NCBI GenBank assembly: GCA_045116675.1
Contig: JBGUMF010000004.1
Location: 1 to 63,780, forward strand
Source of the DNA: Bacteroidales bacterium
GTDB taxonomy: Bacteria > Bacteroidota > Bacteroidia > Bacteroidales > WCHB1-69
Reading direction: 5' to 3'
Length of the DNA stretch: 63,780 bases
Part shown: positions 37,674 to 47,400 of the stretch, piece after piece
Position numbering within the stretch: the first letter of the stretch is position 1
Layout of the letters: every line of letters starts with the position of its first letter
Program-made: the position numbers and the translations under genes
Notes under the pieces: model-generated
The model's input: only the letters and a program-made list of their open reading frames with translations
Databases searched by the model: none
Told to the model about the DNA's origin: nothing

Positions 37674-39149
37674 TTATCTGACAGTGGTGTTTTCCTGAAT
37701 CCAGCAACCAACGTGGTAAGAAGATCCTGCATTGAGACCGCGTTTGAAGAGTTCTTCCTTGCTCGGGAATCTCAGCTTGGCGCGTTGCTGGTTGGCCTTT
37801 TCAGCGCAGCTCGGATCAACGGCAGCGGCTTTGGCATATTTGTCGGCGGCGGCCCAAGCACATGCGGCAGGGATTTCCTCACCACCACATCTTCCGTAGG
37901 AGTTGGCGTAGAGGTCGCCAATCAGGATATACGCCTTGCCCATATTGGGTTGGGCTTTGAGAGCGGCGTAGGCAGCGGAACGGGCCTCGGCGTAAGAGTT
38001 CTTCAGTTGATAAGCCAGAGCAAGCATGTAGTTTGCATCACCCTTCTGCTCGTTGGTCTCGCTCATTCTCACGGCTTCTGTGAAGTAGTTGATGGCGGCA
38101 TCCAACTCGGCAGGGTCTTTCTCTTTCGTGAAGCTTCTCAGCGAGAGGTTACCCATCCAGTAGGCGGAGCTGCGGTTCGGGTTGGCCTTGTGCAAGATTT
38201 CCAGAGCCTCTTTGAAAACAGGGCTGGTGACACACTCGCCATTTTCGCTCTTCGACATGGTGATGACAATCTTGTTAACGGCGGAAAGGTCATCCTTGAT
38301 TTGCGGCAGCTTCTTGCCATAAACCTCTTCCAACACCTGGCAGGAGGCATACGGCGTGATGGACTTTTCAATCTTGCTCAACGATTTCCTGTAGTTCACA
38401 ATGTATTTCATCTGACGGGCCGTGTCTTTACCCAAAGCCTTCGTCTGACGGTCGTAGTTGACACCGTCCAGCTGGCCTTTGTTGTAGAGTTCCGTCAGGC
38501 TGTCGATATCAGCGACGGCCTTCTCGTACTGCACTTGGGCGTTGTCGATGGAGATACCCAGATAGTCGGTGGCACGACCGTAGGACTCAATCACGATGGA
38601 GGTGTCCTTGGTGGCCTTGGTCACCTGTTCGGCCAAACGGAAATAGGCATCCCAGATAGCAGGTTGTGTTTTTTCCTTCTCCAATTCTACGGATTGGATG
38701 AACAGGTCCAGGTTTTCTTGGATGAGATTGAAATCTTTGGATAATTGTTTTCCTCTGTATTTTAACGTATTATAGGCTTTGAAACCCATACAATAGCCTT
38801 TGCTGAACTTGTTCGGGAAATAATTGCCTCGAACCTCAAAGGAATACAACAGGGAATCAATCAACAATTCCTTTCTGGCGGAATCCTTTTCAGCTTTAAT
38901 GAGAGCATCGAACAAAGTCTGGGCATTGGTGAAAATACCGTCCCATGCGCAAGGACATTTTTGAACGATGTACTGCCAGGCCTCGTAGGCATCGGTGTAG
39001 TTTTTAGCCTTGTAAAACATGTTGAAATTGGTCATCTGTTCCAGACATTTCAACGAGTCTTCTTCCGTGGCACCGTATTTGTACGGGCATTGGGCAAACA
39101 AGGATGTGCTGGCTAAAAGCAAAAATGCGGCTACAATTAATTTTTTCAT
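37674..39149 (-). CDS. secreted tetratricopeptide-repeat protein
   Basis: 491 aa. Signal peptide followed by repeated Y/A/L-rich helical hairpins (e.g. GDANYMLALAYQLKNSYAEARSAAYAALKAQPNMGKAYILIGDLY). Confidence 0.6.
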   Translation of the reverse strand: MKKLIVAAFLLLASTSLFAQCPYKYGATEEDSLKCLEQMTNFNMFYKAKNYTDAYEAWQYIVQKCPCAWDGIFTNAQTLFDALIKAEKDSARKELLIDSLLYSFEVRGNYFPNKFSKGYCMGFKAYNTLKYRGKQLSKDFNLIQENLDLFIQSVELEKEKTQPAIWDAYFRLAEQVTKATKDTSIVIESYGRATDYLGISIDNAQVQYEKAVADIDSLTELYNKGQLDGVNYDRQTKALGKDTARQMKYIVNYRKSLSKIEKSITPYASCQVLEEVYGKKLPQIKDDLSAVNKIVITMSKSENGECVTSPVFKEALEILHKANPNRSSAYWMGNLSLRSFTKEKDPAELDAAINYFTEAVRMSETNEQKGDANYMLALAYQLKNSYAEARSAAYAALKAQPNMGKAYILIGDLYANSYGRCGGEEIPAACAWAAADKYAKAAAVDPSCAEKANQQRAKLRFPSKEELFKRGLNAGSSYHVGCWIQENTTVR

Positions 39150-39188
39150 CTCTTTATGTTTTAAAATAGGTTTATATTCAGTTGTGTG

Positions 39189-40469
39189 TTAATCCATTTT
39201 CAAACGTTGGTACCATCTCTCTTGCAAGGTGAAGTTTAAGGTGCATCTGAAGTAGTTCTGCCGAATCAGGTTGTTGTCCAAGGTCCCCATTTTCCCATAT
39301 TCCAACGCGATATTGATAGATGAATGTGTGTTGAAGGTGGTCAGGGGGAAGCCAACGCCGAGAGAGACTGCAAATTCAGTGACAGGTTTATTGCGTATCA
39401 TAAAAATACCGGTGGAATACTTGGCTCCCAAGCGGAACGACATCCGCTGTCCAAACTTGGCAGACTGGGGATTGGGGATGAATTGTACTCCAGCGGAGGT
39501 TACAATAGCATTCTTGGTGGAGTCGCCGCGGCCCATCAGGCTGTATTTTGCCCAATTCTGCCACGTCACATCGGCGGCTACGGTCAGCTTGTCCTTATAC
39601 GTGTATGAGAGCCCGCCGCCGATAGCCTGCGGAAGGATAAGCCGGCCACCCTTACGCTCGTCCAAAAGGAGTGTGTCGTATGTGGTGGTAGTACTATAAT
39701 CGCCTGTGTAATAGTTGATAAAAGTTTTTTCTTTGGCCCAGATATAAGCGGAGTTGCTATACGTGGCACCAAAGCCGAGGGTGTGATCATCCTTGATTTT
39801 CACCAAATATTGCAGACCTCCGGAAAGATAAATGCCGTCAATATGATAAGAATGGAGGATGTATGTGTTAAAATAGTTGCTGCCGTCGAAGGAGGTGTTA
39901 CTGGAATAGTAGAGCGAGCCGAACATGTACGATGCGTTCAGTCCGATGGAAAGACCCTTGCAGATACGGAAAGCGTTGCCCCAGTAGAGCTGGTTGAGGC
40001 CACCCTTGCCCGTATAGTTGTATGACACTCCGCCCACATCTTCAAGGCTCTGTTTGTCAGCAATATCATATCCAACCGTACTGTAAGGCACAATGCCTAC
40101 AGACGTGCGCCAGTGGGCTGTCACCGGCAATCCTATGGTGAGATAACCGGTTTTGGCAAAAGTGTTTTTCTGCGTGAGGTTCCCTTGCCGGATATTGGAC
40201 ACGTACAAGGATGCCGCAGCGTCAGCGACAAATGAGAGCGAATCAAAAGCGGCATAAGATGCAGGGTTCCGGAAATTGATGCGGTAGGGGTTCTGCATGG
40301 CGTAGGAAACACCCCCCATGCCATCCAGATGACCGTTGGAGGAGGTGTTCAGCAATCCCACTCCGAAGCTCGAATAAGGCATACTAACCTCGTTTTGCGC
40401 CCGAAGAACGGGGGCAAAGCCCAGGAGAAGCAAGACCAGAAATACGAACCTATTGTGTTTCAGAAACAT
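39189..40469 (-). CDS. outer-membrane beta-barrel protein (putative porin)
   Basis: 426 aa. Signal peptide (...APVLRAQ) and an alternating beta-strand pattern rich in Y/G/S/T. Confidence 0.5.
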   Translation of the reverse strand: MFLKHNRFVFLVLLLLGFAPVLRAQNEVSMPYSSFGVGLLNTSSNGHLDGMGGVSYAMQNPYRINFRNPASYAAFDSLSFVADAAASLYVSNIRQGNLTQKNTFAKTGYLTIGLPVTAHWRTSVGIVPYSTVGYDIADKQSLEDVGGVSYNYTGKGGLNQLYWGNAFRICKGLSIGLNASYMFGSLYYSSNTSFDGSNYFNTYILHSYHIDGIYLSGGLQYLVKIKDDHTLGFGATYSNSAYIWAKEKTFINYYTGDYSTTTTYDTLLLDERKGGRLILPQAIGGGLSYTYKDKLTVAADVTWQNWAKYSLMGRGDSTKNAIVTSAGVQFIPNPQSAKFGQRMSFRLGAKYSTGIFMIRNKPVTEFAVSLGVGFPLTTFNTHSSINIALEYGKMGTLDNNLIRQNYFRCTLNFTLQERWYQRLKMD

Positions 40470-41184
40470 TTAAAATCAAGGTTTTAAACAAACCCAAAAG
40501 AACCAAATTTGGGGCGGCAAATATACGATTTTTTATCATTCCTGAAAGCATCGGAACATCACCTCCCGTCAGGAGCGTGATCAGGTCCGGATATTGGGCC
40601 TGATACTGCCGGACAAAGCCTTCGATTTCAAAGAGGAAACCGTTGACCGTGCCGGACAGGATAGACTCCTCGGTGGTTTGTCCGGTAATGGGAGTGGACT
40701 GGACAGGTTCCACCAGCGGAAGCCTGGCGGTGAAGTGCGGCAGTGCGGCGCAACGCATCCGCAAACCCGGGGATATGCTGCCACCCAAGTATTCGTTGTC
40801 GCGGCTGATGAAGTCCGTCACCAGACAGGTGCCCGCCTGAATGACCAGCACGGGTGTGTTGGCATACAAAGCGTTAGCTCCAATGGCAGCGGCAATGCGG
40901 TCGGTGCCGAGAGTCTCGGGCGTGTGATAACCGATGGTCAGAGGCAGTCGCAGGTGGGTGGAAAATGTAAGGGTGTGCACCTGGCCGGCGAGCCATTCAG
41001 AGAGTTGTGGGTGTGTGTTTCCCACGGAGGAGAGGATGGCGGCCTTCACCGCATAACGGGCAAGTAAGGGCTGCAGGTCTTCGGGGGAAAGCTGGCGGCA
41101 TTGGTACAATTCCACAATTTCGCCTTGCTTGTCGAAGATGGCGGCCTTCTGCCGGGTGTTGCCGATGTCAATTACTAAAAACAT
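40450..41184 (-). CDS. coaX: type III pantothenate kinase
   Basis: 244 aa with MFLVIDIGNTRQKAAIF and GTDRIAAAIGA. The 3' end overlaps the next gene by 20 nt. Confidence 0.85.
   Translation of the reverse strand: MFLVIDIGNTRQKAAIFDKQGEIVELYQCRQLSPEDLQPLLARYAVKAAILSSVGNTHPQLSEWLAGQVHTLTFSTHLRLPLTIGYHTPETLGTDRIAAAIGANALYANTPVLVIQAGTCLVTDFISRDNEYLGGSISPGLRMRCAALPHFTARLPLVEPVQSTPITGQTTEESILSGTVNGFLFEIEGFVRQYQAQYPDLITLLTGGDVPMLSGMIKNRIFAAPNLVLLGLFKTLILNVSETQ
40518..40525 (-). promoter_or_regulatory. -7 box (TATATTTG) inside the coaX 3' end, positioned for the OMP-TPR-lptC genes
   Basis: Exact TAnnTTTG, 49 nt upstream of the ATG at 40469. Confidence 0.35.
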
Positions 41185-41219
41185 GCGTTAACTAACGAAA
41201 TAATGAGTGTTTTAGTATG

Positions 41220-41831
41220 TCAGAAAAGGGTGGGCTCCCAATGGGATTTGCCTTCGGTCCGCGTGAAGGTGCGGGCCTCCTGGTTGAGGAATTTGATTTT
41301 CCGGTTGATGCCCCAGCGGTAACCGCCCAGTTTGCCGTTGGTACAGATGACGCGATGACAAGGGATGATGTACATCACCGGGTTGCTGCCGACCGCCCCA
41401 CCCACAGGTCTTGCCGCCTTGGGAAGTCCGACACGGCGGGCGATGTTCAGATAGGTGGTGACCATGCCGGATGGGATGTTCAGCAGGTCTTGCCATACGG
41501 CCAACTGGAATTCGGTGCCCCACAAGTGCAGGTCCAGCCGTCCCGCCTTTTCGGGTTTCCGCTTCAGCAGCCACACAGCCTTCCGATGCAATTCCACTTG
41601 CCGGCACCGGAATTGTGCGTGCGGGAAGTGCCGTTTCAACTGTTCGATAGGTTCCCATCGCATCTCACCAGGCATAAGGTAGCAGATACCCTTGGAAGTG
41701 GATGCAATCAGGTAACGATGGGAGGCAACCTGAATCAGGCAGTAGTTGATGGTCAGCCGCTTCTCCTTGCCGGAAAACTCGCCCCTAGACATCGGAATTA
41801 TCCGAATGGGATAGGAATTGTTTTGTTCCAT
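41220..41831 (-). CDS. ogt: methylated-DNA--protein-cysteine methyltransferase
   Basis: Active site is YIIPCHRVICTNGKLGGYRWG. Start set at the ATG at 41831 (MEQNNS...). Confidence 0.85.
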   Translation of the reverse strand: MEQNNSYPIRIIPMSRGEFSGKEKRLTINYCLIQVASHRYLIASTSKGICYLMPGEMRWEPIEQLKRHFPHAQFRCRQVELHRKAVWLLKRKPEKAGRLDLHLWGTEFQLAVWQDLLNIPSGMVTTYLNIARRVGLPKAARPVGGAVGSNPVMYIIPCHRVICTNGKLGGYRWGINRKIKFLNQEARTFTRTEGKSHWEPTLF

Positions 41832-41850
41832 AACAATGTGAAATTGAATG

Positions 41851-41858
41851 CAAAAATA
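41851..41858 (-). promoter_or_regulatory. -7 promoter box (TATTTTTG) for ogt
   Basis: Exact TAnnTTTG, 20 nt upstream of the ATG at 41831. Confidence 0.45.
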
Positions 41859-41887
41859 ATAAAAAATGTGATTTTGCGCTTTTTTTG

Positions 41888-41895
41888 TATTTTTG
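41888..41895 (+). promoter_or_regulatory. -7 promoter box (TATTTTTG) for the PepSY-like/prmA/1496-aa gene string
   Basis: Exact TAnnTTTG, 27 nt upstream of the ATG at 41922. Confidence 0.45.
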
Positions 41896-41921
41896 CCCTC
41901 CAATTGTAAAATATTGAATGT

Positions 41922-43601
41922 ATGAAAAAATTTGGCCGCCTATTGCTTTTACTATTTGTCTTACAGGTAGTTATCTTTTCCAACAATATTCTTTCCGCCC
42001 AAAAGCTGAAACCATCGGAAGTGCCTGCGGATGTAACGCAGACGCTGGAATTCCAATATCCGTACGTAAAAGTCACGGGTTGGATGAAAGATGGCAGCAA
42101 TTATGTGGCCAACATCAAAGATGAAGGTTCCGCAGGCAAAGTCTATATTTCCTCCAACGGCACCTGGTTGCGCACCACTTTCAATGTGCCGCAAACTGAG
42201 CTTCCCACCACCATTTGGGATTATGTGAGGACCAATTATCCCGACTTCATCATCGCTGTTTCCTGTTTGGAGGAAAAGGAAAACGAGAAGACCCGCTATT
42301 ATCTGGAAGTGAAACCGGATGGTGTGGGACAGCAGGCCTCCGTGCTGACGTTCAGCACAACGGGCAAAAATGAGCTGATCTCCCGTAAGGACCCGGACAA
42401 TTTCAAAGACCCGCTGGCTCCTGTTGAGAAACCCGCTCCGAAGCCTGTCGCCGCCAAGGATAAAGAGACCAAACCGGCTCCTGCCAGCTCCTCTTCCACA
42501 AAACCTGCAACACCTACCAAGCCTGCCCAGACCAAGCCGGCTACGCCAGCGAAACCGGTTGCCGAGAAACCCGCTCCGAAACCTGAAAACAAAAAGCCGG
42601 AGGCCAAACCCGAACCCAAACCAAAGCCGGTAGCGGCCAAGGTGGAAGAACCCAAGCCCCAGAAAGAGGCCAAACCCGAAAAGCCCAAAAAAGAGAAACC
42701 CGAACCGGTCATCACGGATGAGCAGGGCAATGTGGCCCTCAAGCCCAACGTGGTGCCTGACATCGTGAAGAAGTCGCTGACGAAGAAAATCATGCATCCC
42801 GAGGAGCTGAACTGGTATCTCATCGACAGCATGTATGTGGCCAAATGTCTGAACACCGGCAAAAAAACAGCCTGCTACATCACCCCGCAGGGTATGTGGG
42901 AAAAGACCCTCACCGCCCTTACTGAAGAGTCCGTGACCGGTCCTATGCTGAAACACCTGAACGACTACTATAAGGGCTGGCGCTTCAAGTCGGCCATGAA
43001 GGAGCAACGTGCCGACAAGAACGACAAGACGATGGTCGAATTTTATGAAAAGGCCAATTACAAGTCCAAACTGGTGACCACCGCCCTGTTTGACAAAACC
43101 GGCAAGCTCATCCGCACCATCGATCCCGACTACGAGTTGGGCGGTGGCAAGGCTGGTGGCGGTGCCGAGGACGATGATCTGACGAAATACTATGAGAAGA
43201 TGAACATGAGCTTGGAGAACAACGACGCCCATAGCGTGCCCGAAAATGTTGTGGCGGTGTTCAAACTCAAGTACCCCAAAGTGGCCAATGTGGAATGGAA
43301 AGAGGATGATGACATGAACTATCAGGCCATATATTATAGCGCGAGAGGCAAAGAGATTTGCGTTATCAACAACTATGGCGAAATTGTAGAAACGATGGTG
43401 ATGGGCAAACTGGACAACCTCTCCAGTACAATTCAGGACAACATCAAGAAGGACCATAAGGGATTCAAGGTGGTGGAGTATTATTCCGTGAAAAAAATCG
43501 CCGAAAAGCTGAATTTATACAAAGTGTTGATTCAGAATAAGAAAACTGGCGAAGAGGACGTCCTGTGGTTCAACCTGTCGGGAAGACCCGTGGAATACTA
43601 A
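41922..43601 (+). CDS. secreted protein with PepSY-like (putative beta-lactamase-inhibitor-like) repeats and a ~130-aa Pro/Lys/Ala-rich linker
   Basis: 559 aa. The motif P..V...(F/L)..KYP......W......Y.(A/V) recurs at the N-terminus, middle and C-terminus. The central stretch is KPAPKP.../KPEPKPKP low complexity. Confidence 0.55.
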   Translation: MKKFGRLLLLLFVLQVVIFSNNILSAQKLKPSEVPADVTQTLEFQYPYVKVTGWMKDGSNYVANIKDEGSAGKVYISSNGTWLRTTFNVPQTELPTTIWDYVRTNYPDFIIAVSCLEEKENEKTRYYLEVKPDGVGQQASVLTFSTTGKNELISRKDPDNFKDPLAPVEKPAPKPVAAKDKETKPAPASSSSTKPATPTKPAQTKPATPAKPVAEKPAPKPENKKPEAKPEPKPKPVAAKVEEPKPQKEAKPEKPKKEKPEPVITDEQGNVALKPNVVPDIVKKSLTKKIMHPEELNWYLIDSMYVAKCLNTGKKTACYITPQGMWEKTLTALTEESVTGPMLKHLNDYYKGWRFKSAMKEQRADKNDKTMVEFYEKANYKSKLVTTALFDKTGKLIRTIDPDYELGGGKAGGGAEDDDLTKYYEKMNMSLENNDAHSVPENVVAVFKLKYPKVANVEWKEDDDMNYQAIYYSARGKEICVINNYGEIVETMVMGKLDNLSSTIQDNIKKDHKGFKVVEYYSVKKIAEKLNLYKVLIQNKKTGEEDVLWFNLSGRPVEY

Positions 43602-43625
43602 GCAAACCAAACCATTAACCAACCC

Positions 43626-44471
43626 ATGCAATACAACGAGATTAAGCTCACCATCACGCCAGCCGAGCCGTGGAAGGATATCTTCACTTCCCTGATGGCC
43701 GATGCCGGCTGTGACAGTTTTATGGACGGTGAGAACGACAACGAGCTTTTATGCTATATCCCAGTAAAAGACTATGATGAAGCCGCCATCCGCAGTATCG
43801 TGGAAGAGCACGGCTTCGACGGCGTGTGTGTGACCTGCGCGGTACAGGCCATGCCCGACAAGGACTGGAACGCCGAATGGGAGGCGAACTACACCCCGGT
43901 GCTGATCGACAACCGCTGCTATATCCGTGCCCCGTTCCACCCGGCCATGCCGGAGAGCGAATACGAAATCATCATCGAGCCCAAGATGTCGTTCGGGACG
44001 GCTCATCACGCCACCACCTTCCAGATGGCACAGTACGTGATGGAGACCGACGTAAAGGGCAAATCCCTGCTGGATATGGGCTCGGGTACGGGCGTGCTGG
44101 CCATCCTGGCCCGCATGAGAGGTGCCACGCCCGTGACGGCCATTGACAACGACGAATGGGCCTACCGGAACGCATTGGAAAATGTGGAACACAATCATTG
44201 CACAGACATAAAAGTGTTTTTGGGAGACGCCTCTTTGCTTGGCCCCGAAAACTACGACATCATCTTGGCCAATATAAACCGGAATATCCTGCTAAACGAC
44301 ATTCCGACCTATGTGAAATGTTTGAATCACAAAGGATTGCTGTTTATGAGCGGGTTTTATGAGGGTAATGATTTGGAGGCTATTCAGAAATGTTGCGCCG
44401 CAAACGGCATGGAATATGTCTCCCACAAAGTGAAAGACCAGTGGGTGGCGGTCAAATTCATTAAAGCATAA
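43626..44471 (+). CDS. prmA: ribosomal protein L11 methyltransferase
   Basis: 281 aa with FGTAHHATT and the SAM motif LLDMGSGTGVLAILA. Confidence 0.85.
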   Translation: MQYNEIKLTITPAEPWKDIFTSLMADAGCDSFMDGENDNELLCYIPVKDYDEAAIRSIVEEHGFDGVCVTCAVQAMPDKDWNAEWEANYTPVLIDNRCYIRAPFHPAMPESEYEIIIEPKMSFGTAHHATTFQMAQYVMETDVKGKSLLDMGSGTGVLAILARMRGATPVTAIDNDEWAYRNALENVEHNHCTDIKVFLGDASLLGPENYDIILANINRNILLNDIPTYVKCLNHKGLLFMSGFYEGNDLEAIQKCCAANGMEYVSHKVKDQWVAVKFIKA

Positions 44472-44473
44472 GT

Positions 44474-47400
44474 ATGAAAAAAATAGTGCTGTTATTCGTG
44501 CTGTTGTGCCCGGTTTTATGGAGTCAGGCGCAACGTTTCACCTCTTTTTCCACCAATCCGGAACAGACGGTAGAGGAGATGAAAAACTTTTTCTCCTCTG
44601 TTCCCAAGGAGCGTCAGAAGGAGGCTTCCGCCCTATTGGATGAGTTCAACCTTTTCTGGACCACCTCGGTGGATTATGAGACCCAGGAGGCTTTCATTGA
44701 GGCGGCTAACAAGATGGTGAAGAAGAAAATGCGTCCCATTCCACACTTCCAGGCCCTCATCCATGCCTATTCAGCATTCGTACATAGCGACTTTGCCACC
44801 GAAACCGAAACATGGAACAAGATTGTGGATTATCATACCACGCACAATGTGACACAGTTTCAAACGAAAATGCAGCTGTATGCGTTGTTTTTCAAGGAAA
44901 ACGTGTTAAACAAAGAGGATAATGTACGATGGGTATCGCAAGGATGGCCGGAAGCCATCGGTTTTGACAAGGAACCCTATGTGGACTTCAAGGATGTGGA
45001 TCTGGTGGGTTATTCCAACAAGGACAGTCTGATCATCCAGAATGTTTCCGGGCGTTATTTCCCAGCCACGTTAAAATTCCAAGCCCGTGGCGGCAGGACT
45101 TATTGGGAGCGTGCCGGCCTTGGGGAAGATGTATATGCCGAATATGGCCAATACGTCATCGATCTGCGCTTCCCGCACGTGACGGTGGAGCATGCGCTGT
45201 TTCATTACCCGCAGCTCTTCTCAACCCCCATCCGGGGACGGGTGGAGGATAAGGCCATGTTGCCGGTTTCCGAAGAGAAGGCTGTTTATCCCCGTTTTTT
45301 AAGTGATGATAAAACCCTGACAATCAAAAATCTGTATAAGGATGTGGACTATCAGGGCGGTTTCGACCTGCGTGGCGCATCCATCTACGGCACCACCACG
45401 GGCGATACGTTAGCCTTTGTGACCATCTTCCGCGAAGGGAAACCGATTATCAGTGCCTCCTCCCACAGCTTCCTCATCAAGCCCACCAACCTCCTGTCGG
45501 AAGACGCCAAGGTGAGCATCTACCTGGGCGAAGATTCCATCTACCATCCCGCCGCCAATTTCAAATACGATAATGAAAAGAAAAACCTGTTGATTTCCAG
45601 ACCCAAACAGGGTGTGGGACGTTCACCGTTTTTTGACTCCTATCATAAATTGGATATAACCGTAGAATCCGTGCAATGGAATACGGAGGAATCCCGCATT
45701 GAATTCAAGCCCATCGTGGGGAAGACCAGTGAGCAGCCGGCTTTCTTTGAATCACAGAACTATTTCGACAAATCGGTGATGCATGAGATTGAGGGATACA
45801 ACAATGTGCACCCACTCTACACCCTCTGGCAGCTGTTCAACAGTGCCGGTTACGAGGACATCACCATCGAGGATGTGATCCGCTGGTTCAACAAGCCGCC
45901 ATTGGATATCAAAGCCATGATGATTGATTTCGCGGCCAGGGGTTTTGTAGAGTATGACATTAACCAGAACCACATCCGTTACCGTAGCAAAATCGCCCGT
46001 TACCTGAACAACCAGGTGAAAAAGAAAGACTACGACTACATCAAATTGGAGTCCAAGACCCATTATGCCTCCATGGATTTGCTCACCAATGATTTGAAAA
46101 TCACCGGTTGTGACTTTTTCGTCTATAGTGATCCGCAGATCGTGAACGTATATCCGAGTAATGAAGTGGTGACCGTCAAGAAGAACCGCGACATGACCTT
46201 TTCGGGTCGGGTGATTGGCGGTTTGTTTGATTTCGTGGCCCACAACTGCTATTTCGACTACGACCGCTTCCAGGTGGACATGAAGGTCATCGACACGCTC
46301 ATCATGTATGTGGAGGATAAGAACGGCCCGCAGGATATGTACGGCGACTACCAGTTGCGGCGCGTGCGCAGTGCCATCGAGGAGATTTCCGGCATCCTCT
46401 ACATTGACGCGCCGGGCAACAAGAGCGGCATGACCGACTATCCGGAGTACCCCATCTTTGAGGCCCGCAAAGGCGGCAGGGTCTTCTACGACCAGCCTTA
46501 CGTGCTGAACGGCGTTTACACGCGCGACCGTTTCTATTACGCTGTGAACCAGTTCCGGGTGGTGAATCTGGACAACTTCGAAATCGATTCCATGAAGTTC
46601 ACAGGCGCCCTCATTTCCGGTGGCATCTTCCCCGACATTGCAGAGCCTTTGCAGGTGCGTCCCGACTTCTCGCTGGGTTTCCGTCACAAAACCGCTGGTC
46701 TGCCGATGTATGCCAACCGCGGCAACTATCAGGGTCTGGTGGACCTGAGCAACCGTGGTCTGCGCGGGCGGGGCATCATCGATTATGTGACCTCGCATAC
46801 CACGTCTGACAGTCTGGTCTTCTATCTGGACTCCACCAACGGAAACGCCGACAAGCATATTGTGGATGAGCAGATAGCGGGCACCGAGTTTCCTCCAGCC
46901 TCTGTGAACGACGCGTATATGCACTGGGAGCCCTATAAGGACAGGATGTTCATCCACTCCATTTCGGAACCGGTGGACATTTTCAAGGAGACCAAATTGG
47001 CCGGCAACACGGAAATCACGCCGCACGGCATGTTCGGTGCCGGAACGCAGACCTTCGGACGGGCTGACATCACCTCCAAGCGATTCTCGTACAAACATCA
47101 TGAGTTGTTGGCGGACACGGCGGACCTCCGCATTTACGATATCAGCAACGGCAACGACAACATCGCCTTCTCCACCGACAACTACCGCTCGCACATCGAC
47201 TTCGAAACCCGAAAGGGTAATTTCAAAGCCAATGGCGAGGCTTCAGAGGTGTTCTTTGTAAAAAATGAATTCAAAGCCAAGGCTCATGAGTTCGACTGGG
47301 ACCCCATCGACTCCACCTTGTTGCGCTTCAAGTGGGACGACCCCTACAAAGATGTGGATATCAACGGCACGCCCTCCCGCGAGCTGGTGGATATGCGCAG